Source of the DNA: Bacteroidales bacterium | GTDB lineage: Bacteria; Bacteroidota; Bacteroidia; Bacteroidales; UBA4181 | DNA: 64,000 bases | Assembly: GCA_031551645.1 (NCBI GenBank) | Contig: JAVBNI010000087.1 | Location: 13,381 to 77,380, forward strand | Direction of reading: 5' to 3' | Shown: positions 56,869 through 64,000 of the stretch, in pieces | Position numbering within the stretch: position 1 is the stretch's first letter | How the letters are laid out: each line of letters begins with the position of its first letter | Notes under the pieces: model-generated | Told to the model about the DNA's origin: nothing | Database searches by the model: none | The model's input: only the letters and a program-made list of their open reading frames with translations | Position numbers and translations under genes: made by a program

Positions 56869-56903
56869 TTCTTAATTCTTAATTTTTAACTCTTAATTTA
56901 ACA
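56869..56903. repeat. 7-bp-periodic tract (TTCTTAA-like units) abutting the ftsK stop codon
   Basis: Read directly: TTCTTAA TTCTTAA TTTTTAA CTCTTAA TTTAACA. Confidence 0.75.
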
Positions 56904-59336
56904 CTACGCTTCCCCGCGCGATAACTTGCTCAAATAATTCTCTAATGATGCTTCGTCGGTAAAAAGTACCTGTCGCGCTTTGCTGCCTTCGTTCGCACCC
57001 ACGATTCCGGCTGCTTCCAATTGATCCATGATACGCCCTGCACGGTTGTAACCGATAGAAAACTTGCGCTGGATGAGCGAAGTAGAACCCTGCTGATGTA
57101 TCACCACCAACCGAGCGGCATCATCAAATAATTCATCTTTTTTGCTGAGATCAATATCTTTGAGATCGACAGCATCTTCGGCCGTATATTCCGGTAACAG
57201 GAAGGCGGTCGGATAACCTTGCTGGTTACCGATAAAACGGGTGATTTCTTCAATTTCGGGGGTGTCGATGAAAGCGCATTGCACACGAGTCAAGTCTCCG
57301 CCCGACGTAAACAGCAAATCCCCGCGGCCAATCAACTGGTTGGCGCCCGAACCGTCAAGAATGGTACGTGAGTCGATTTGCGAAATAACACGGAAAGCGA
57401 CACGTGCCGGAAAGTTGGCCTTAATAACACCTGTAATGATATTCGTAGTGGGACGTTGTGTTGCGATAATCAAGTGGATACCGGCCGCACGGGCCTTCTG
57501 CGCCAAGCGGGCAATCGGCATCTCGATTTCCTTTCCAGCGGTCATTACCAAATCGGCATACTCATCAATAACCACCACAATATAAGGCAAATATCGGTGA
57601 CCAAGATGTGGATTCAGTTTGCGGGCAATAAATTTACCGTTGTATTCCTTGACATTACGAACCTGTGCATCCTTGAGCAGACTGTACCGCGTATCCATTT
57701 CAACACATAATGAATTAATTGTATAAATCACTTTTTGTGTATCGATGATGATCGCTTCTTCAGCGTCGGGAAGTTTGGCTAAGAAATGACGTTCTATCCT
57801 TTCGTATGGAGTAAATTCCACCGATTTTGGGTCGACCATGACCAGTTTTACCTGCGAAGGATGCTTTTTATATAAAATAGAGGCTATGATCGCATTCAAA
57901 CCAACCGATTTTCCCTGCCCGGTTGAACCGGCAACCAAAAGGTGGGGCATCCGGGTGAGGTCAAAAACGAAGGTTTCGTTTGAAATGGTTTTACCTAAAG
58001 CGATCGGCAATTCCATATTGGCTTCCTGGAAACGTCGCGAAGCAATAATCGAACGCATCGATACGATCTCCGGATTCAGATTCGGTACTTCGATACCAAT
58101 GGTGCCTTTGCCCGGCATTGGCGCGATGATACGGATACCCAATGCGGAAAGGCTCAGCGCAATGTCGTCCTCGAGGTTTTTGATTTTCGAAATACGAACG
58201 CCCGGCGCCGGTACAATTTCGTAAAGGGTCACCGTAGGCCCGATGGTAGCCTTGATCTTATCGATCTGTATCTTATAGTTGGCTAACGTTTCAACAATTT
58301 TGTTCTTGTTGTTAATCAACTCATCGTTACTGACTACTGAATTTTCCGATTTGTGATCAGCAAGTAATTCAAGCGATGGCATCTCATAACGTGACAGATC
58401 GAGCGTGGGATCATATTCTCCCAAAGCTGCAATGTCCTCCATCACATAAGGTTCCTGCTCCGTTTCTTCGTCGGCAAGAGGTGACTCATTTAACGACTGC
58501 GCCTCGATAGTCAGTTCGATATCTTCGTCTAATAATTCCTCGAGGGTTTTCACATTCGGATCGGTTTTCTTGTCGTCCACCAGAAAATCTATTTCGTTTT
58601 CGTTCGTTACAAATGGCGGTCGATCTATATCCCTATTATCCCCAGCCTCGTCATCTTCATCGTCATAAAAATCATCCTCATCATTTTTACGGCTACGGGG
58701 TTTTCTTTCAATTTTCGGAATTTTCGGCACTTTAACTGATTTGACTGTTTTAGTAAACCATCCGAAAAATCCCGCAAAAGAGAATGTAAGAAATAAAAAT
58801 GTCAACAATATCAACAGGATACTCGCACCAAAACTACCCAAGAGCGATTTCAACCAGTTGGCCATGAAAAAGCCATGCGCTCCGCCAAGCCCGCTTCCAA
58901 GAAACCCGCCTGCAGTACCGAACACAAATCCGAGAATAAGCGATAAAAGAACCAACCCGACAATCGATGTCTTAATGGTCCATCCAAGTGGCAACAATTT
59001 CACCTTCAGCAAACGAAACCCGAGCACAATCAGCACCAATGGAATAAAAAATGAAGCCACACCAAATCCGTTGTTGATGATCCCATTGGCAATACGTGCA
59101 CCCAACTTGCCCGCCCAGTTTTCGACCCGGATATTCGAAAATAATTGTGACGACTCAAAACTCTGATCGGATTTCCATGTGAAAAAATACGATACAAAAG
59201 CGATAAGCATCAGAATGCCACAGCCTATTAACAATAGTGCAAATGTCATTTTGAAACGTTCGTCGGTGAAGAAAGCGGCTAACTTCCCTTTTTGCTTTGA
59301 TTTTTTGGAGTTTTCCGTCTTTTTACTTTTAGCCAT
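56904..59336 (-). CDS. ftsK: FtsK/SpoIIIE DNA translocase
   Basis: N-terminal TM helices, an acidic linker, the Walker A GSTGQGKS motif and a C-terminal winged-helix gamma domain. Confidence 0.9.
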   Translation of the reverse strand: MAKSKKTENSKKSKQKGKLAAFFTDERFKMTFALLLIGCGILMLIAFVSYFFTWKSDQSFESSQLFSNIRVENWAGKLGARIANGIINNGFGVASFFIPLVLIVLGFRLLKVKLLPLGWTIKTSIVGLVLLSLILGFVFGTAGGFLGSGLGGAHGFFMANWLKSLLGSFGASILLILLTFLFLTFSFAGFFGWFTKTVKSVKVPKIPKIERKPRSRKNDEDDFYDDEDDEAGDNRDIDRPPFVTNENEIDFLVDDKKTDPNVKTLEELLDEDIELTIEAQSLNESPLADEETEQEPYVMEDIAALGEYDPTLDLSRYEMPSLELLADHKSENSVVSNDELINNKNKIVETLANYKIQIDKIKATIGPTVTLYEIVPAPGVRISKIKNLEDDIALSLSALGIRIIAPMPGKGTIGIEVPNLNPEIVSMRSIIASRRFQEANMELPIALGKTISNETFVFDLTRMPHLLVAGSTGQGKSVGLNAIIASILYKKHPSQVKLVMVDPKSVEFTPYERIERHFLAKLPDAEEAIIIDTQKVIYTINSLCVEMDTRYSLLKDAQVRNVKEYNGKFIARKLNPHLGHRYLPYIVVVIDEYADLVMTAGKEIEMPIARLAQKARAAGIHLIIATQRPTTNIITGVIKANFPARVAFRVISQIDSRTILDGSGANQLIGRGDLLFTSGGDLTRVQCAFIDTPEIEEITRFIGNQQGYPTAFLLPEYTAEDAVDLKDIDLSKKDELFDDAARLVVIHQQGSTSLIQRKFSIGYNRAGRIMDQLEAAGIVGANEGSKARQVLFTDEASLENYLSKLSRGEA

Positions 59337-59502
59337 TGATTAGAAGTGCTTTATATTCAATCGTTATCATGGGGATTATTCCCGTACAAAAGTAATGTTT
59401 AATTGCTATTTGTGAAAATTAGAAAAGATTTAAAAATTTGACTCACTTTAGCTGTTACATTAATCCATCGAAGCAGTTGTTTGACCGGATAAACCCAATA
59501 AT

Positions 59503-60528
59503 TCAGGAGAAGAAACAACCGGTTGACTGTCTTGCAAACAATGAGGTTTCGAAAGTAATCGTTTGGGGGCAGAGTGAATTTTTATCATTCATGTGCTTCA
59601 AAAACAACCGGGCGGCTTCCATTCCCATCCGAACCACCGGGTGTTCGATAGATGACAGGTTGGGCTCAATGATCTGGCAATCCTTTTCGTTGTTGAATCC
59701 AATAATTTTTATCCGTTTGGGAACATCAATTCCTTCTTTCTTAAGAGTGAGAAGAGCATTGATAGCCACGTCGTCGTTAAAGCAGGAAATACCGTCGGGC
59801 GGATTGGGTTGCCTGATCAACCATCTGATATGATTGGGCGTAAATTCCGGATTGGTGCCGTTTTCAATCAGATATTCGGGAATAAACGGCAAATGATGAA
59901 CTTCCAATGCTTTTTTGAAGCCTTTGATACGATTCTTGGCAATAGACAAAACCTGTGGTCCGCTTAGATGCGCAATACGGGTACAACCTTGCCCGATAAG
60001 ATGTTCTGTCGCCTTGAATGCTGCCAATTCGTGATCAATGACCACTTTTGAGCAGTCAACATCGTCACTTACCCTGTCGAACATGATGATTGGGAATTTA
60101 TCGTTAAGCAAAGTGCGAAAATAATCGCAATAGTGGGTTTGTCCGGATAAAGATATGATCAACCCGTCAACGCGGCTGGCGATCAACTGCCGCACTACCT
60201 TGTATTCTTGTTCGGCCGATTCGTTCGACTGCCCGATCAATACATTATAACCGGCAGGCAATACCACTTCCTGGATCCCGCTGATGGCGGATGAAAAATA
60301 TTTGTGCGCAATTTCGGGTACGACCACTCCCAGCGTGAACGAGCGATGTGTTTTTAATCCGCGCGCCTGGGGATTCAGTTGAAATCCCCATTGCTCAGCC
60401 AGTTTGCGAACTTTTTGTTTGGTTTCCTCTCCGATCTGATAAGAATCATGTAAAGCCCTCGAAACAGTCGATTTCGAAAGATTCAATTCATGGGCAAGGT
60501 CTTCGATGGTTTTCTTTTGCGGCAACAT
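59503..60528 (-). CDS. LacI-family transcriptional regulator (no adjacent catabolic genes)
   Basis: N-terminal HTH TIEDLAHELNLSKSTVSRAL, followed by a periplasmic-binding-protein-like sugar-binding fold. Length 341 aa. Confidence 0.85.
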   Translation of the reverse strand: MLPQKKTIEDLAHELNLSKSTVSRALHDSYQIGEETKQKVRKLAEQWGFQLNPQARGLKTHRSFTLGVVVPEIAHKYFSSAISGIQEVVLPAGYNVLIGQSNESAEQEYKVVRQLIASRVDGLIISLSGQTHYCDYFRTLLNDKFPIIMFDRVSDDVDCSKVVIDHELAAFKATEHLIGQGCTRIAHLSGPQVLSIAKNRIKGFKKALEVHHLPFIPEYLIENGTNPEFTPNHIRWLIRQPNPPDGISCFNDDVAINALLTLKKEGIDVPKRIKIIGFNNEKDCQIIEPNLSSIEHPVVRMGMEAARLFLKHMNDKNSLCPQTITFETSLFARQSTGCFFS

Positions 60529-60590
60529 TTTGCAGTGCGTACAACAAATAATTTTCTTTCACAAACATACAAAATTAACCCGACATGTAA

Positions 60591-61403
60591 TTATTTCCCA
60601 ATTGTTTCATTCATACTTCCTGTGCGATACCCCTGGATATCGACAGTAATGTAAGTAAACCCGGCTTTTTTTATTCCATCACAAACGGCTTCGCGAACGT
60701 CCTGCGTCAACAGCTTGTCCATTTCGCCGGGAGCGACTTCTATTCTTGCTAAGTTGCCATGATGCCGCACACGTACCTGTTTAAACCCCAGACTGAATAA
60801 CAATTGTTCGGATTCATCTATGGCTTTTAGTTTTTCACGGGTAATATTTTCTCCATATGGGAACCGGGATGCAAGGCATGCAAACGACGGCTTTTCCCAG
60901 GTAGGTAATCCCATTTCTTTGGATAACGCCCTGATTTCAGTTTTAGTAAGACCAACTGCTTTCAAAGGACTGAGTACTTTCAATTCTTTGATCGCCAACA
61001 TTCCCGGGCGATAGTCGTTGTCGTCGTCAACATTTGAACCTTCGGCAAGATGAACATAACCATTTGCGGCAGCTGTCTCCTTGAACATGGCGAACAGGGT
61101 TTTCTTGCATAAGTAACAACGATTAACCGGATTACGGGCAAATCCTTCGATACTGAGCTCATCTATTTCGCGCACCAGATGACGGATATTGTTATCCGCA
61201 GCAAACATTTTTGCTTCGTTCATTTCTTTTTCGGGAAACATTCCCGAACGGGCTGTAATAGCCAGCACTTCCGCACCGAGTTCCTGGTGCGCCACCATTA
61301 ACAGGAAGGTGGAATCGACTCCTCCGGAGAAAGCAATGGCAACTTTCCCTAATTCCCTGAGGTAGGTCTTGAGCGCCTGTAATTTTATATGGGCTTCATT
61401 CAT
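60591..61403 (-). CDS. larE: LarE-like ATP-dependent sulfur transferase (PP-loop ATPase)
   Basis: PP-loop AFSGGVDSTFLL, followed by the CYLCK and CLASRFPYG motifs. Confidence 0.75.
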   Translation of the reverse strand: MNEAHIKLQALKTYLRELGKVAIAFSGGVDSTFLLMVAHQELGAEVLAITARSGMFPEKEMNEAKMFAADNNIRHLVREIDELSIEGFARNPVNRCYLCKKTLFAMFKETAAANGYVHLAEGSNVDDDNDYRPGMLAIKELKVLSPLKAVGLTKTEIRALSKEMGLPTWEKPSFACLASRFPYGENITREKLKAIDESEQLLFSLGFKQVRVRHHGNLARIEVAPGEMDKLLTQDVREAVCDGIKKAGFTYITVDIQGYRTGSMNETIGK

Positions 61404-61452
61404 ATGTTCTAATATTTTCAGGTCTAAAACTGAATGACCGACTTCGACAATA

Positions 61453-63702
61453 TCAGCTCGATTCCTGACTTTTTTCGTAAAGATAATGATTCATCACCAG
61501 ACGGATTTCGGAATACGAATAATGATCACCAACAGCTTCCTTGATAGGAGACAGGCGTATATTATCTTCTGCTGCCGCAGCCTGAACCCATGGCATTAAT
61601 TCATCAATGGTGCTTTGGGGTAAAATTGCGGAAACATGGAGCTGACCATTCAACACAGCTTCGGCCAGATGTGTCAATACGGTTGTCGTGCTGATGTTGC
61701 GGGTTTTGGCTATCTCTTCTGCCGAAAATCCTTCCCTGAACAAATTCAGGCTCTGTGTGGTTGACGGGACATGCGACATTTCATTATCATGTTGTTCCTT
61801 CGGAGAGCGTTCATTCCGGGATTCCGTTTTTTCCGATTTTTTTTGCCGTTCTGTTGTTGCAGATTCGGCTTGTGTATATAAATCACTGCGATCAGGAACG
61901 GGAAATTCTTCGCAATTGATGAGCGGAATATCATTGTACCGCACCTTTTTCATATTTTCGATAAACAACTTCAGATCAAGTTCCAGATTACAGACATTCT
62001 TATGGAATGTCTTGGCCTTTTTTACCTTGAATCCATTGATGTACTGTTGCAACGGCAACAGCATCCGTTCAATGATATGCTGGTGAAAATATTTTACTGC
62101 ACTCTGGCATCGCCCGGCCAGTAACCCGGTATCGCCGTTTTGCTGTTGTTGCTGTACGATACCCCTCAACTGCGCTTGGAATTTCACGGCTACTTCCTCT
62201 ATCTTATAAGCCTGTTGCAACATGTCCCTCGCTAAAGTGTGAGCTGGATTATATTCGGGCGACATCTTATCTTCGAGCAACTTGTGCAACCTACGCGGAA
62301 TGACGACCAGTTCTTTGCAATCAAAATACATCAGCAAGCGATCTGCCCAAAAATGCCGTTTTTCTTCCTCGAGTATCCGGCACAATTCAAGCTCCTCTTT
62401 TTCTGTTTTGGACAGGCTCACGGCCTGTTCATCCGTTTGTATGCTACTGTGCGTGATAGGCGAAAGCAGGACGATACCATCAAGCGAAGTGCAACGACTC
62501 AGGGCCACATAAGCCTGTCCCGGAGCAAAAGCATCGCCGGTATCGATAATCGCCCGCTCAAAAGTCAACCCCTGGCTTTTGTGAATGGTGATCGCCCATG
62601 CCAACCGAATGGGGTATTGTATGAATGCGCCCAATTCTTCCTCGGCAATCTCACCGGTATCCTTGTTCAAGGTGTAACGGACATTCGGCCATGTTTCCTT
62701 CTCAATGGCAATGATATCTCCAGAACCTTCCAATCGGACTTCAATCCTTTCGTTACGGATACGCTCAATCGTCCCAAGTTTTCCGTTAAAATAACGACGC
62801 ATTTCCCCCACATCGTTTTTGATGAACATGACCTGCGCACCTTCTTTAAGCGTCAATACCATTTCGGTGGGAAGCGCATATTCGGGGAACTCTCCTTTTA
62901 TTTCGCCCTTGAACTGGCAAGCGCGGGTGGTCAATCGATCTAATTCCTGGCTGTTGATCCGGTCGGCACGGGCATTGTGTGTGGTGAGTATGATATATCG
63001 TGTCTCCGGTGGCGCTTTAAAATGCGGTTGGTATCGCTGGTTAAGCAATTGCAGGTCGTCCCGGGTGAGATCATCATTACGCACACGGTTCAACAAATCG
63101 ACAAACACTTGTTCCCTTTGACGATAGACTTTTTTTAATTCAAGATATACCAAAGGAACACGTTGTGCAGCCTTAGCATGAAAAAAGAACGGAGAAGCGT
63201 AATAATCACGGAGTATGCTCCATTCTTCATCTTTCACCACCGGTGGCAGTTGGAACAAGTCGCCGATATATATCATCTGTACGCCGCCAAAAGGCTTGTC
63301 ATTGCGACGGATACGACGAAGCGTGGTGTCAATGGAGTCAAGCGTATCGGCACGCATCATACTTACTTCGTCAATAATCAAAACTTCCAGCCGCCTGAGC
63401 ATATCCAATTTAAGCGCCGACATTTTGAATGAATCCTGGGCTTTCCGGTATTCCAAACCGGGAATGAACAGTTCGAAAGGCAATTGGAACAATGAATGCA
63501 GAGTAACCCCACCGGCATTGATTGCAGCGACGCCCGTCGGAGCAGCTACAATACAATTTTTATGGGTCGTCTTGCGGATGTATTTCAAAAAAGTTGTTTT
63601 ACCCGTACCTGCTTTTCCGGTTAGGAATATATGCTGTGAAGTCTGATTCACAAAATCGGCAGCAAGATGGAAAATCGGATTATTGGCATCGGGACTAATC
63701 AT
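61453..63702 (-). CDS. Pif1/RecD-family DNA helicase with long C-terminal extension ending in an HTH-like segment
   Basis: Walker A GKAGTGKTT, then VAAPTGVAA and DEVSM (Walker B). The C-terminus EEIAKTRNISTTTVLTHL is HTH-like. ATG at 63702. Confidence 0.75.
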   Translation of the reverse strand: MISPDANNPIFHLAADFVNQTSQHIFLTGKAGTGKTTFLKYIRKTTHKNCIVAAPTGVAAINAGGVTLHSLFQLPFELFIPGLEYRKAQDSFKMSALKLDMLRRLEVLIIDEVSMMRADTLDSIDTTLRRIRRNDKPFGGVQMIYIGDLFQLPPVVKDEEWSILRDYYASPFFFHAKAAQRVPLVYLELKKVYRQREQVFVDLLNRVRNDDLTRDDLQLLNQRYQPHFKAPPETRYIILTTHNARADRINSQELDRLTTRACQFKGEIKGEFPEYALPTEMVLTLKEGAQVMFIKNDVGEMRRYFNGKLGTIERIRNERIEVRLEGSGDIIAIEKETWPNVRYTLNKDTGEIAEEELGAFIQYPIRLAWAITIHKSQGLTFERAIIDTGDAFAPGQAYVALSRCTSLDGIVLLSPITHSSIQTDEQAVSLSKTEKEELELCRILEEEKRHFWADRLLMYFDCKELVVIPRRLHKLLEDKMSPEYNPAHTLARDMLQQAYKIEEVAVKFQAQLRGIVQQQQQNGDTGLLAGRCQSAVKYFHQHIIERMLLPLQQYINGFKVKKAKTFHKNVCNLELDLKLFIENMKKVRYNDIPLINCEEFPVPDRSDLYTQAESATTERQKKSEKTESRNERSPKEQHDNEMSHVPSTTQSLNLFREGFSAEEIAKTRNISTTTVLTHLAEAVLNGQLHVSAILPQSTIDELMPWVQAAAAEDNIRLSPIKEAVGDHYSYSEIRLVMNHYLYEKSQESS

Positions 63703-63789
63703 CAACTTCTGTATGAAAATGGTTTACCTGGCAAAGGTACTCCATTTTTTATTATCCCCGTATTTCCGGATATTGTATCTTTGCACACT

Positions 63790-64000
63790 ATGTCCCGGTT
63801 ATATATAGTTGTCATCGTTTTGCTATTTTGGGTACAGACATGCCCGGCGCTGGAGACATCGCCTACTCGTCCTGTTATAAAACCCTACCTGCATTCGTTT
63901 ACCCAGATGCGTACCGACTTGCGCCGTGATACGATCCTATTCAAGCAGGAAAAGGTCATTTTTGGAGTAAATATCACACTCAACAAATATTGGTCGGCAC
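63790..64000 (+). CDS. Hypothetical secreted protein, 5' part (continues past window end)
   Basis: An ATG at 63790 is followed by an open frame to the window edge and a hydrophobic N-terminus (MSRLYIVVIVLLFWVQTCPA). A TATCTTTG -7-type box lies at 63776-63783. Confidence 0.35.
   Translation, partial: MSRLYIVVIVLLFWVQTCPALETSPTRPVIKPYLHSFTQMRTDLRRDTILFKQEKVIFGVNITLNKYWSA

Noticed and set aside
61453-63702. The Pif1-like helicase, LarE and LacI as a defence island or mobile element
   Set aside because: No integrase, transposase, nuclease, methyltransferase, toxin-antitoxin pair or flanking repeats are visible. The neighbours are housekeeping genes (ftsK, truA).
1-64000. tRNA, rRNA, CRISPR arrays, prophage or transposon genes
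   Set aside because: I found no cloverleaf-like conserved tRNA boxes, no rRNA-like stretches, no spacer-containing repeat arrays and no recognisable recombinase ORFs. Without a covariance-model scan, small RNAs cannot be excluded.

Overview
This is a Bacteroidota-type chromosomal segment, judged from SusC/SusD pairs, a PorP/SprF fragment and TAnnTTTG-like promoter boxes.

Left half (1189-30149): one uninterrupted minus-strand gene train that ends at a strong intrinsic terminator (1062-1110). It contains:
- two tandem, diverged copies of a four-gene module: PKD-domain lipoprotein, SusC-like transporter, SusD-like lipoprotein, PhoPQ-activated (PqaA)-like alpha/beta-hydrolase lipoprotein;
- a YdjC/ChbG-type deacetylase;
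- two PHP-domain phosphoesterases;
- five neutral/alkaline-ceramidase-like proteins, four of them in a paralog array;
- two esterases.

I see no glycoside hydrolase, lyase, sulfatase, peptidase or classical PUL regulator in this stretch. I read it as a candidate SusCD-dependent system for an acylated or phosphorylated lipid or glycolipid rather than a glycan. That is inference.

Both module copies have ORF-free leaders of about 0.8 kb with three conserved elements:
- LacI-type palindromes;
- a plus-strand terminator-like hairpin with compensatory substitutions;
- a conserved hairpin plus T-tract between susD and the PqaA-like gene.

Right half: mostly housekeeping genes (gmk, yicC, gltX, thrA, fabD, truA, ftsK, lhgO, larE). 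It also carries a GT4, two rhamnosidase-like proteins, a Tat-signal carboxylesterase, DUF1349, an ABC fusion protein, an Hpt+STAS pair, an orphan LacI-family regulator and a Pif1-like helicase.

Noncoding oddities:
- a 10 x 21-bp iteron-like array;
- 7-bp-periodic tracts abutting stop codons, including a perfect (TTCTCAA)7;
- an inverted-repeat-flanked 23-bp repeat cluster;
- twin GC-rich hairpins;
- a nested hairpin of about 190 nt.

I recognised no rRNA, tRNA, CRISPR array, transposase or integrase. All family assignments come from motif recognition by eye, not from database searches.
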